Of a stretch of DNA of 64,000 bases, positions 50,810 to 63,477 are shown piece by piece. The DNA is from Octopus vulgaris. Its lineage: Eukaryota. A program made the position numbers and the translations under genes. The notes under the pieces were generated by a model, which worked only from the letters and a program-made list of their open reading frames with translations, was not told where the DNA came from and made no database searches. Numbering within the stretch: the first letter of the stretch is position 1; each line of letters starts with the position of its first letter. The stretch spans positions 16,554,001-16,618,000 of the forward strand of contig OX597839.1 of the NCBI GenBank assembly GCA_951406725.2, in the 5' to 3' direction.

Positions 50810-53341
50810 CTAAAAAAGTCAAAGAGAAAATAATTAAAGATCAAGTCATCATCATCGTTTAACGTCCACTTTCCATGCTAGTATGGGTTGGACCAATGAC
50901 TGAGGGCTGGCGAACCAGATGGCTGCACCAGGCTTCAATCTTGATATGGCAGAGTTTCTACAGCTGGATGCCCTTCTTAACGCCAACCACTCCGAGAATG
51001 CAGTGGGTGCTTTTACGTGCCACCGGCATGGGGCCAGTCAGGCGGTACTGGCAGCGACCTCGCTCAAATCTTTTACACATGCCACCGACACGGGTGCCAG
51101 TAAGGTGATGCTGGTAACGATCACACTCGAATGGTGTCTTTTACGTGCCACCAGCACAGAGGCCAGATAGCCGCTCCGGCAACAATCACGCTCAGATGGT
51201 GCTCTTTAAGGCGACGCTGGTAACGATCACACTCAAATGGTGCCTTTTAAGTGCCACTGGCATGGAAGCCGGTTAGCTGCTCTGTCAATGGTCACACTTG
51301 TGTGGTGCTCTTTGCACCCCACTAGCACGGAGGTGAAATAAATAGGAAGCGAGATGTGTTCCACCAAAGACACTTGAAAAGGATTCCAAGAATATACTGG
51401 CAAGGTCACATAACTGATGAAGATATTCTAAAGAGAATCAACATAAGACCATTTAGTAGAATCCTTGCAGAATGAAGATTAAAATGAACCGACCTCCTAT
51501 TTGGTTCAGGCACGTGATGTTGATAAACCACAGAAATGGTTAAACATCAATGTCCATCGTTCCTGAATAGGATCTGGGGTGAGTTGTCTCCCAACACCTG
51601 GCACTGTGATGCAGTCAACCCCACCACACCAAATCGCAACCTACTAGCAAACACATGAAGCATATATATTAAGTATGTGTGGTCAATAATGTTTATTACA
51701 CTAGCACAACTTCCATTTCATATTTGAATTTATTCTAACGCATGCATCGTTGGTGCATACCAGCACATAGTTTTTACACTATATGCATATAAATTGTGGA
51801 TTGGTGATACAATGCCAGTGCCCCATAACTGGCTCCCGTGCTGATGGCACATAAAAAGCACCCACTACACTCTCGGAGCGGTTGGCATTAGGAAGGGCAT
51901 CCAGCAGCAGAAACCCTGACAAATCAAATTGGAGCCTGGTGCACCCTCCTGGCTTGCCAGTCCTCAGTCAAACTGTCCATCCCATGCCAGCATGGAAAGC
52001 GGATGTTAAATGACAACGATGATGATGATGATGATGGTGACGTGTAGCTTGGAAACCAGGGAGTCTTTCCAGGTCAAACTACTACCTCTCTGCATTGAGA
52101 AGTCACGTCTGTGGTACTATAGACATGGGATTAGAATGCGACAGGAAAGAATCACAAGATGGATTAGCCAAACAGCAGGAGTCCAAAGAGTAAATCAAGA
52201 ATGAGATAATTGGATAATATCCACAGTTTCAGTCATGTTTAGGATTCCTGCTGGAAAGTTGAATGCTGGTTACTTTTGATGGGATCCTTTGGAGGAAATA
52301 CCTGCACTCTATTCCCACAATCCTCCGAGGAATCGTGGGTGGAAATGATGGATGGATGTATAAGAATGTCATGAGATGGACCTCTGAAGCCAAGTCAACT
52401 GGCAGGTGATCTTGGAACAGACCATGTATGAATGAGATGGCTGGAGAATAGCGATGGTCTCAGTTAAGGTTTGGGGCTAGTCAAGCTTGGGAATCCGGCC
52501 AGGAAGTCTAATAATGGGTGCTTCTGATAGGACCCTATGGAAGAGGTGCCTGAGTACTCTACCCTCATGACCTTCCCAGAAATAGGGGAGCAGAGAAAAT
52601 AGATGGATGAAAACACACACACACATATATAAAAGAATACCACATGAAAGAGTCACGAAACAGCCCCGAGTTGAGCCAACCAGCAGGTGATCTAGGGGTA
52701 GACCATGAACGAGATGGTTAAATAATGTGAATAGTCTCATTGACTGTGAAGGTGCATGGCTCAGTGGTTAGAGCATCGAGCTTACGATCATGAGGTTGTG
52801 AGCTCGAATCCCAGACCAGGCTGCGTGTTGTGTTCTTGAGCAAGACACTTTATTTCACGTTGCTGCAGTTCACTCAGCTGTAGAAATAAGTCACGACGTC
52901 ACAGGTGCCAAGCTGTATCAGCTCCTGCCTTTCCTTTGGATAACACTGGTAGCGTGGAGAGGGGAGGCCGGTATGCTTGGGCGACTGCTGGTCTTCCATA
53001 AACAACCTTGCCTGGACTTGTGCCTGGGAGAGTAACTTTCTAGATGCAATCCCATGGTCAGTGTCGTGACTGAAGGGGGTCTCAGGCTCATTGACTATAC
53101 TTGGGAATCCAGCCAGAAAGTGCAATGATGGCCACTTCTAATAGGACTCTATGGAGGAGATGCCCCGAGGACTCTGCCTCAACAGTTCTCCCAGGAAAAG
53201 CAGGTGGAGAACATAAATGGATGGATACATTACAATTTACTGACTCCAACTTAGTAACTCAATAATTACTTCTGAATTGCTTCTGACTCCGACTCTACAG
53301 ACCTGAGAATTCGAAAAGAAACAACAGCTGATTATATTTAC

Positions 53342-53407
53342 CGTAACATTGGTAAGTTTCTCCATCTGTTCAATCTTACCAATCTTGCAATGACTTAAGT
53401 CAACATC
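53342..53407 (-). CDS. PPP1R7: PPP1R7 coding exon 2 (DVDLSHCKIGKIEQMEKLTNVT)
   Basis: cAG acceptor, ACG|GTAAAT donor, 66 nt; resembles the first Sds22 LRR (DVDLNHYRIGKIEG in human). Confidence 0.93.
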
Positions 53408-53896
53408 CTGAAGTAAACAATGAAAGAAAAATAACATCTAATTAGTAATTATAAAGCAAATTATTTTACATTTAATTATATGTTAATAAACAACGTTGAA
53501 TTGTAACTATAAAAGTAATTTTATTACTTTTTAATTACCTGAATAAACAGCAGTTCTGTAATTACAAAGTTAATTTCATCAAAATTAATTATTACACATA
53601 ATCACTTCAATAAACTTTAATAATTACTGAGGATGATGATGATGATGACAAAACAACAAATCTTAAACCCTTTGGTTACTAAATTCCAGTCGAAATATAC
53701 TGTCTTTATTCCAATTAATTAGCAAAATAGTGAAGGATTTAGTGAAAAAAGAGTCATTATTAAGCTGGTATTTGGAACATAAATTAACAAGGAATTTTGA
53801 AAGAAGATTATAATTGGCAGATCAGCAAACAAACTGTTCACGGAAATTATAAACAAGACCCTTGACTCTTGCTGAATTCAATAGTCCAGGGGCGTG

Positions 53897-53943
53897 TCTG
53901 GCTGATGAGACACAATAATGTCAAAAACACTGGCTGTCCCAGA
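53897..53943 (+). ncRNA. Degenerate type I hammerhead motif
   Basis: UCUGG-CUGAUGA-GACAcaauaaUGUC-AAAAA-CAcuggcUG-UC^CCAGA, then AATAAA; catalytic G12 is lost. Confidence 0.55.
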
Positions 53944-55747
53944 ATCCTAATAAATATAATGTGTTATGAACACATATACTTTGTAATTGAGAAGCTGTTC
54001 TCTTGTGACTAAATACAATAGCAATTAGCATATTTCCAATCAAATCTGCCGAAACTGGTGCCAGCTAAGAAGCAGCAGTGATAACACCATTTAAAAGACG
54101 GCTGCTGGTACCTACATAAAAAGCACCCACTACACTCTGCAAAGTGGTTAGCTTTAGGAAAGTCAGCTATAGAAACTATGCCAAAGCAGACACTGGAGCC
54201 TAGTGCGGCCCTTGGCTTTACCAGCTCCCATCAAATCGTCCACCCATGCCAACATGGAAAATGGATGTTAAATGATGATGATGATGCAGGTCATCATTTC
54301 ACTTTAGATCAGTGCCATCAGCTGCTGGTATGCAGCAAGTTTCCAGAAGAGAAAGAAACATTATAAAATGCTTATGTAATATTGTAATATTTGTTTACAA
54401 AATAAATACAAGATAAAAAAAATTGTCAACTTTTATTATATTCATTATATTGTTTCCGGTATAAATTAATATTTCTAGGAAATATTACTGGTCCCTGACA
54501 CATTGGAAAAAAAAACTGCTGGTACACCACATCAAATAGTTTGAGAAGCACTGCTTCCAGAGTATTCTGTCAAATGTAATACTTAATCATTCACATTGTT
54601 TTGAATTTATCATGCATTATCTCAAAGCTTTAAGATTTTGATGATGTAATTGTTTATTTTTAGGTTATTCTAGGGTAGATATGAGAAACTGAATCTGGGT
54701 AGTTTCAATATAAAACAAGTAGAATATCTGAACTGGATATGACTGGTTTAAATGTTAAAGGATTGTTTTAAATTAATTATGCATTATCTCAGAGCTTCAA
54801 GATTTCAGTGATATCATCATCATCATCGTTTAACGTCCGCCTGCCATACTGGCATGGGTGGGACGGTTTGACAGGAGCCGGCCAAGAAGAAGCCTGAATT
54901 TGACTTCTATGTCTGTTTTGGCAGGGTTTTTACAGCTGGAAGCCCTTTCTAACACCAACCACTCTGCAGAGTGGACTGAGTGCTTTATGACTTTCTAGAG
55001 AAGGTGTGAGAGGCTGGATCTGGCTGGTTTCAAAATAAATCAGGTAGAATATTTGAACAACATATAACTAGTTTAAATGTTAAAGCAGGGGTCAGCAAAC
55101 CAAGGTAAATTACCCTAAGTTGGAGTAAAAATGAAATTTTGGTGGGTAATGAGGACTCATTAGACATAAGTAAAATTATATTAAAAAAAACATGTTCCTT
55201 GTTAGCTTTGATCTTCCTTTCAAATCAAGGGGCTAACGTCAACATAAATAAATATATTTTGGGGTAATTGGTTAAAAATGTTCCCCGACCCCTATCCCAA
55301 AGGATTAAAACCAGGATTAACAGATTAAAGCTATCTTATTTCTTAATCGCCCACAAGGGGCTAAACAAGGACAGACAAAGGGATTAAGTTGATTACATCG
55401 ACCCCAGTGCATAACTGGTACTTATTTAATCGACCCCGAGAAGATGAAAGGCAAAGTTGACCTCGGCAGAAATTTGAACACAGAACGTAGCAGCAGACAA
55501 AATACCACTAAGCATTTCGCCCGGCATGCTAACGTTTCTGCTAGCTCGCTGCCTTTAAAACCAGGAGTTCTTGTCAGAGCCAGGGGATATCTTTGACAGG
55601 TTAGAAACATAAAAGTTAAAGGTTCTATTTTCATTGTGAATCTAAAATGACATAAAGTTGTAAATAAAAAGTGAAACTGAACTTGAGAATACAGTATCAG
55701 CAGTAGACAACAACAGTGGCACACAAAGAAACAAGGAACAAACCTAC

Positions 55748-55888
55748 CAAAGCTGTTGGGTCAACAATGACCACTTCCTTTGACTGTTCGTCATCATCTT
55801 CTTCTTTAGCTGATGATTGGGACTCAAAATCATCTTCATCCATGAGGTTTTGGTTGGGGGCCTCGGCAACGACCGCTTTTGATTCCAT
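55748..55888 (-). CDS. PPP1R7: PPP1R7/sds22 coding exon 1 (MESKAVVAEAPNQNLMDEDDFESQSSAKEEDDDEQSKEVVIVDPTAL, acidic N-terminus)
   Basis: ATG at 55888, 5 nt after acceptor tttccAG (exon starts 55893); donor TTG|GTAGGT; 141 nt, phase 0 into the next exon; an acidic N-terminal segment precedes the LRRs as in Sds22. Confidence 0.85.
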
Positions 55889-56083
55889 CTTACCTGGAAA
55901 TAGATATAATGGGATGTTAACATTGTTCAGTTTACAATGGTTGTGTGGTAAGAAGCTTGATTCCCAACCACATGATTTGGGGTTCAGTCCCACTGCATGT
56001 CACCTTGGGAAGGTGCCTTCAAGCTGACCAAAGCCTTGTGAGTGGATTTAATAGAAGGAAACTGAAAGAAGCCTGTCATGTAC

Positions 56084-56117
<34 letters not shown>

Positions 56118-56861
56118 TTGTCCCCCATCACCTCTTGACAACTGGTATTGGTGTGTTTTTGTATCCATAATTTAGTGGTCCAGCAAAATAGAGTGATAAG
56201 AATAAGTGCTAAGCTTAAATAAATAAATCTTATGATCAATTTGTTTGACTAAAAGCCTTCAAGGTGGTGTTCCAGCATGGCCTCAAGAAAGAGGAGAGAA
56301 ACAAGTGTGCAGTAGTAAAGGAGATGCAAGGTTACCAAGCCGAAGGCAAGAACAACAGAGGAAGGGAGAGAAAGTGATCAAGAATGAGGGCAGAAACATG
56401 CATGCTGCTGTAGAGGAGATACATGGTTACCCAGCCAGAAGGAAGAGCAAGGGAAAGAAAGAGAGAGTGAGAGATAGCAAGAGTGCAAGAGCAGGAGAGA
56501 GATGGCAACAAAGTGCCAGGGCATACTTGCAAGGAACGGGAATCAGAGCATATGTTGGGTCATCGCCTAAATAATGCAGTTTTTCCAATTGTATAAACTG
56601 AATGTCTGAGGTGGGTGGGATAAACTACCTGCATCAACTGGCAATAAAACAGGTGATAATTTTACCTTTTTTCTTATTCTTAGTGCAAGTTTGATTTCAA
56701 CAGTTATTTTTTCAAAGCTAGGAAGGGCATCCAGCTGTAGAAACACTGCCACATCTGACTGGCCTGGTGCAGCCTTCGGGCTTCCCAGACCCCAGTTGAA
56801 CCGTCCAACCCATGCTAGCATGGAAAGCGGACGTTAAACGATGATGATGATGATGATGATG

Positions 56862-57566
56862 ATATTGGAAGTAACAAAAGAGCATATTTGGCATATTTGT
56901 AAGTTCAGTAAAGGCAATAATGCAACAGAAATTGTAAGGAATATTAATGCTGTATATGAGGATCGGACAATAAGTGTAAGCCAATGTCAACAGTGGTTCC
57001 AGAAATTCCGAGCCAGAAAGAACAACCTAGAAGATGAGCTTTGTCCTGGAAGATCTGTAGAGCTCAACAAAAACGTCCTGCAAACTCTGGTGGAACAAAA
57101 TCCCATTGTAACTGTTGAGGAACTAGCAGAGAAGCTTGGATTTGGTCATTCAACTATTCACTGACACCAGTGCTAGAAGAAAAATGACCATCTTTGGTTT
57201 CAAGACGGAAGGTGTTCTTCCATCAGCCACATATAGCAAAGATGACATTCCAAAAGCTGGAGCAATTTGAATGGGAAACAATGCCCCACCCACCATATTC
57301 ATCGGATATTGCCCCATCTGATAATCATTTATTCTGCAGGCTTCAAAATCGTTTGGACGGGAAAAATATGAATTTTGCAGACGAGGTCAGAACAGTAATG
57401 GAGGAGTATTTTCCATCACAGACAAGTGAATATTGGAAGATGGCCTTGCATGTCTATCAGATAAATGGAAGAGCATTGCAGAAAATGAGGGAGAGTATAT
57501 TTTAGAACTTACTGATGAAAAATAAAAGAAGTACAAAAACTGCATTATTTATGGGATGACCCAATA
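56862..57566 (+). mobile_element. Internally deleted mariner element
   Basis: HTH region (NATEIVRNINAVY..QWFQKFR..LEDE..PGR) and HPPYSSDIAPSDNHLF; same family as 47745-48270, opposite orientation. Confidence 0.85.
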
Positions 57567-58575
57567 ATTATAAAATTGTTTACAGGTGAGCTGGCAGAAC
57601 CATTATTAGCACGCTGGATAAAATGCTTAACAATATTTTATCCATCTTCATATTCTGAATTCAAATTCCAAAGTTTTTCATCCTTTCGGGGTTGATAAAA
57701 TAAGTACAAGTTGAACACTGGGGTTAAAGTAATCAACTTACTCCTCACCTGAAATTACAGGCCTTGAGCCAAAATTTGAAATCAATTATATTACAGAGGA
57801 AGGGAAGGAGAGGAAAAATGGGAGGAGGCGTATGAGGAAGAAGAAGGGAAGGAGAGGAAAATGAAGAGGAAGAAGTGGTTTAGCCCTGATCCAAAGATCC
57901 CTGGGTGTCTTTTGGAGGAACCCGTCCGGTGGAATCATTCAGGCCATGAGTCCAGTCTGAGGCTAAATCCCTCCCAGCAAATTGAAAGCTCTGAAAAGGG
58001 TCATGGGTGCTGCCCTTCTTTTCTAATTAAGTCATCACAAATAAAAAAAAGTCATGACCATCCCATCTTTTTGTGAAATAGTGATAACCTTGTCTAGTGT
58101 ATCCAGCTTTCATCAAGATAGTACAGGTGTTATCCGAGAGAGATTTTTGGTTGCTATTTGTTACAGGTTAAGCCACCATATAAAGCAGGGGTTTTCAATA
58201 CAGGGTACCTACACTCCTTGGGGGGTTGGATACAACAAAATAAACGAAAAGATAAAAATTCCGTAACAGATTAAAATCATTTAACAAACCTTAGAGATAA
58301 CTTTACTCTTTTAAGCATTCTAAGAACTTTCTTATTTTACATAAGCATAAGCATGGCTGTGTAGTAAGAAGTTTGCTTCCCAACCACATGGTTCTGGGTT
58401 CATATCCACTGTCTGGTACCTTGGTATCATCGACGTTTGACGTCCACTTTACATGCTGGCATGGGTTGGACGGTTTGACTGAGGGCTGGTAAGCCAGAAG
58501 GCTTCACCAGGCTCCAGTCTGATCTGGCAGAGTTTTTACCGCTGATGCCCTTCCTAACGCCAACCACTCCAAGAG

Positions 58576-59025
58576 GATTTCGGAAAATTCACAAAATCCG
58601 AGTTTTTCCCTCATAACTTTTAGGAAATGTTTTTTTCAATGAAATTTTATATAAATACCTTTGAAACAGCATACATTACGACTATAAAGTAATTTGTGGA
58701 GAAAATCTTGAGGTAGAGAGAGGACTTTCGGAAAATTCCCAAGATCCAAATTTTTCCTCGTTAATCTCCGGAATCATTCAACTTTCTACAGATACCCTAA
58801 CGTAGTACCACTACACTACATAGTGCTTATTTCTACCCACTTTCAATAATTTTTAGTGTTTTGGATTCAATTTTGTTTCATTTTCAATTATTTTTATGCT
58901 TTTTTAATCCTTCGTCGTTATTGTCATTCATTCGTTATTACTTTCTCTCTCTATATATATATCTATATAGAGAGAGATAGATACATATATATATATATAT
59001 GTACATATATTATATATATATATAC

Positions 59026-59057
<32 letters not shown>

Positions 59058-59092
59058 GTGTACATATATTACACACACACACACACACATAC

Positions 59093-59129
<37 letters not shown>

Positions 59130-59330
59130 CAGTTATGAGGGAAAAACTTCTTGTGAATTTTCCGAAGTCCTCTTCCCACCTTTGGGAAAAGATTTTCCTC
59201 ACAAATTACTTTATAATCACAATGTATGGCGTTTGAAAGGTATTTCTATAAAATTTCATTGAAAAAACCCCCCATTTTCCTAAAAGTTATGAGGGAAAAA
59301 CTTGGATTTTGTGAATTTTCCGAAGTGTTT
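58576..59330. repeat. Fold-back element with ~190-bp inverted arms around a TA/CA microsatellite core
   Basis: 58579-58765 is the approximate reverse complement of 59130-59325 (TTCGGAAAATTCACAAAATCC...CCCTCATAACTTTTAGGAAA). Confidence 0.75.
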
Positions 59331-60189
59331 TCCCCACCTTCCAGTTGCTTTGCGCGCATTTTTTTTCCTATTCGTTTCCTCTCATTGTTTTACACCCATT
59401 CCAGTATTTTTTCGGATTGTAAACATTAACCAAATTTTGCGAGTTTCTGTTCTACATACGAGAGGGAACTCATACACGCGTAGAACACTAATTCGTAAAA
59501 CTTTTCTGAAAATTCCAAAAAAATAAAGGAAGTTATGAGGGGGGTCATAATGGGATGCTTAAACTAGAATTCCGCCGTCGATTACATCAACTATATATCG
59601 ATCCCGAAAGGATAAATGCCAACAACGACTTGAGCGGAATTTGAACTCAGAACGTAAAACCAAACGAAATGCCGCTAAGGATAAATCGGCGAACACAGTT
59701 CATAGATATACTATATCTTATATCTGAAAATGAAAGACGGTGAAATCATGACTAGATCACTTTTTATCATTAATTCTACTGGTCCATGCGAAGTCGTCAT
59801 GAACAACGACCTCCGATTTAAAACAGAAGGGACCACAAACGACTTGTTACATTCACCCAAATTACAACTATGATTTAATTAAACTGAGGTAATTACTATT
59901 TTATGATGTATTTTATAGACATTAAACAACATATCGTAGAAATGTTTGTATATATTCAGAATCCACATAGGTAGCGTAAATAATAATTTTTTAAGCCAAT
60001 AAAGAATCCTATAATTACTAAGACTCATTAACCCAACTGAATTATTGTTTTAAAATATACCTTATCAACAATAAAACACAACACCATAGTTGAGAAGTTT
60101 TGTAGACATTCAGGGACACCAAGCATTTGGTGTCTAGGTGATGCTTCGTTTTTGCCAGAGGTCGTTATGTACAGATTCAGTAACCTTAC

Positions 60190-60300
60190 CTGTTGTTCAA
60201 TAGTTCAAAAAAGAATATCGCATCACCTACCTAGTATTGTTGATGTATGTGGTTATGTATTCAATGGTGAGGGTCAATAACGGGACGACAAACGATTCAC
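60190..60300 (-). other. PPP1R7: Probable non-coding 5' exon of PPP1R7 (upstream boundary uncertain)
   Basis: Coding exon 1 begins at an acceptor, so an upstream exon is expected; this is repeat-free sequence with a strong donor CAG|GTAAGG at 60190 and a second donor TAG|GTAGGT at 60231. Confidence 0.5.
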
Positions 60301-60321
60301 TTCCAACAGACCTTAGTACAC

Positions 60322-60333
60322 TGTGACGTCACA
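60322..60333. promoter_or_regulatory. CRE/ATF palindrome TGTGACGTCACA in the putative PPP1R7 promoter
   Basis: Perfect TGACGTCA (60324-60331) within a 12-bp palindrome, just upstream of the candidate first exon, in non-repetitive DNA. Confidence 0.5.
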
Positions 60334-61039
60334 TCCGTCATGAAAGCTAGCGCCATTGACATTCATCAGCCGTACTTTTGAATCATGCCATATAGAAATT
60401 ACATTTCGGCAGAGAAAATTATGAATGAATCATGATTAAATTTCTTCTAACCATTTGAAGTACAGTACGGGACCTCTTTTCCGGGTTCAAGACATCCAGG
60501 AATCCTATGCAGTATCATGCAATATAATATATTCGTAAGGCAAGCGAAGTGGCAGAATCATTTCCGCGCCGGATAAATGTTGAGCGGCATTTCCTCCTAC
60601 TTTACGTTTTAAGCTCAAATGCCGCCGGGGTCTTCATAATTTCGGAGTCGATAAAATGAGTACCAGTTGAACACTGGGGTCAATGAAATAGTCTTATCCC
60701 CTGCCCCGAAATTGCTAGCCTTGTGCTTTTTTGTTTCTTTGTTGTTTTCCCATTCGTTTCTCCGGATCTTGGATTTGTATTTTTAATGTGTTATTGTATT
60801 ACATATGTATCATTTCTAAATGTGTTATATTCCAATAAAACTGATACCTAACTCTTTAAAAAATGTATTGAGTATATAGTCCCTGTTATAGAAGTTGGTT
60901 AATTAGCATACGGTGTTTTAAAAATAGTTTTGTTTTACACTTTCTGAAGATTAAACGTACTGCTTTAGAACTGCATTGATTTGCCCCTGTATTTGTTAAA
61001 TAAAATAATATTCTTTACTTCTCTTTGTTAATTTTCACC

Positions 61040-62158
61040 CTATAAACATTACAAAGAATTATGGACTGTCTTCCTCCAAGTGATGAATGGGAATAGTGGA
61101 TCCCTCACTTCTTCCTGAAACGGCAGTTCATCTCAGGTCGGTCATCAGCTCAACCACGTCCAAACTTAGAGAAGGCTGTTAATGCCAAATTCAGTGGATT
61201 TGACATTAAAAGGGCTGTTTGCCTTCTTTCCTCTCTGCCCTCCCTCATCCCTTGTACCACAGACTCCCTCAACCAACTGAAGGAGAAACGTCCTCCAGCC
61301 CCTCCAGATAATCACCTACACTGACCCAAACCACCAAATTTTCTACAACTCATCTTCACTCCTGACAATGTCAGGAGGGCAGTTGCCTCTTTTCCAGCAG
61401 GTTCTGGCGCTGGGATTGATGGCTTATGACCTCAGCATCTTAAGGGTGGTATCTCCCTGTCGGCTGGTGATGCTAAGCTTGAACTCTTGGAGAACCTAAC
61501 ACGAATCATAAACTTGTTCTTGTCTGAGAGTGTCCTTGCCTACAATCGTCCCCTGTTCTTAGGGACCAAATTATTTGGTCTCATCAAGCCCAACGGTGAC
61601 CTCCGCCCCATAGCAGTTGGTTGTACTTTGCGATGGCACACAACAAAAGTGTGCATGTCCTCAGTTTCTAACTGCCTAACCAAGGAATTTTACCTTATTC
61701 AGCTAGGAGTGGGAATTAAGCTAGGTTGTGAGGCTGCTGCTCATGCCACCAGGGCTTTCACCAACTTGCCCTCTGAATCCCGAAAGGTCATCCTCAAATT
61801 TGACCTTAAGAATGCTTTTAACTCGATCAGTCAAGACGTCATCCTCCACACAGTAAGGGAGAATTCTCCACCACTTTATCACTTTGCTTGGCAAGCCTAT
61901 CGGGAGCCCTTCGACCTCTCATTTGGTGACCACCTCATCCCATCTGCCTCTGGAGTCCAACAGAGTGATCCACTTGGTCCTGCCTATTTGCCATTGGGTA
62001 TTGATGATGTTACCAAGATGGGAGCTGACCTAGACCTAAATGTCTGGTACCTCATTGATGCTTGTTTGGGAGGCCCTCCTGACAAGGTGCTTGCAACTGC
62101 AAGGACAATGATCAAGGAACTTGGTCGTAGAGCCTCCAGCTGTATGAAAATTTCCTGA
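61040..62158 (+). pseudogene. Degenerate CRE-like non-LTR retrotransposon RT
   Basis: LRPIAVGCTLR, QLGVGIKLGCEAAAH, KFDLKNAFNSI, SGVQQSDPLGP; catalytic YLDD decayed to YLID. Confidence 0.75.
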
Positions 62159-62249
62159 CTCCCCTCCCCTTGTCAGAAAACAGCTTCAGGAGTTGTGAAG
62201 AACGAATTTGTATGTAGTCTGTTTCTGAGAACTATTCTATTGGACCGCT

Positions 62250-62722
62250 GTCTAATCGTTAAAACATTGATTTCATTGTGAACATAGCAGTTGTATCCGT
62301 ACAAATTTTATTTGCATAGAGCAGAAATTGAAAGAGGACACATGAACTGGACGTGTGTGTGCATGCTTGCATGTGTGTATGTGAGAGAGAAAGTGGGTGA
62401 GAAAGAGAGATAGAGTGAGTGAGTGAAAGTGTGTGTCGTGATGATTGGCGTATTTGTACGTAGTCTGACTCTGAGAGCTATCCTGTTGGGTATCTGTCTA
62501 ATCATTAAAACATTGATTTAATTGTGAACATAGAAAGAAATCATACATTAATCCCTATTTTTGTAAGCAGTTGTATCCGTAAAAAATTTTATTTGCAGAG
62601 AGCAGAAAATGAAAGAAGATATATGAAATGGATGTGTGTGTGTGTGTGCGTGTATGCTTGCATGTGTTTATGTGAGAGAGAAAGAGAGATAGAGTGAGTG
62701 AAGTTCTGTGTCGTGATGACTG
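62250..62722 (+). repeat. Diverged tandem duplication (~245-bp unit)
   Basis: ctgtctaatc.ttaaaacattgattt.attgtgaacatag...gcagttgtatccgta.aaattttatttgca.agagcagaaa present twice. Confidence 0.75.
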
Positions 62723-63350
62723 ATGTCTTTTAAGGTACACACACATATAGAAAATATGAGGACATCGTATAAAATTTTAATGATAACTGATTTATGGAAA
62801 AGATTATTTAAAATTTTTGAAATGCAAATATGTGAATGAAAATTAAGTTCAGACCTCTACATGGTAGCTAGACCTGGTAGAAATAGCAGCCAAATCTCCC
62901 TCAAAACACCCTATTGTCTTAATCTGACAATTATGCCTATTATGTAGTTTGAATGAGAAACTGTAACTAAAGATTAAGATTATTAACCCCACTAAGAGGT
63001 GAAAGAAGAGAGACAACATAGCGAAAGTTTTGGCTGACTGTCATCCTGTACTCCCCTTGTTGCTAGCAAAATGGTATATGCCGGCTGTGTGAGCAGCTGG
63101 TTGTTTTAATGGCAGAACAAACAGGGGAATTCCATTAGAAAAGTTTTAATCGATTTTCTCCGTAACTATGGAGAAATACAACTAAATCAATTATCAACTA
63201 CCAGATAATACCCAATCACATACTTTATTAAACCACTACATTAAGGTCAAACATAATAATATAGAACAAAACAGTGTACATGAAGGAGTAATATGATACA
63301 ATAAGTACAATATGTATAAGAGAATATAAATAAATATAAATATAAACTAC

Positions 63351-63477
63351 ATCTTACAGCTGTTTCGGCCATGCAGATATGGGTGTCTCAATTTACTTAT
63401 ATTAGCCATGTGTGATAGGTCAATATGTAGTTATAAATGAGACATTTACAAAAATATCCCAAGGCCTCTTCGGAGAT
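63351..63477 (-). ncRNA. Type I hammerhead-like motif with a ~90-nt insertion in stem II
   Basis: AUCU-CCGAAGA-GGCC...GGCC-GAAA-CAGCUG-UA^AGAU; U4C core variant; AATAAA at 63224-63229 downstream. Confidence 0.55.

Noticed and set aside
50990-51330. Repeat-spacer pattern resembling a CRISPR array (also 14000-14302)
   Set aside because: Eukaryotic context, no cas genes, the spacers are homologous to one another, and the unit is part of the RTE LINE 3' UTR
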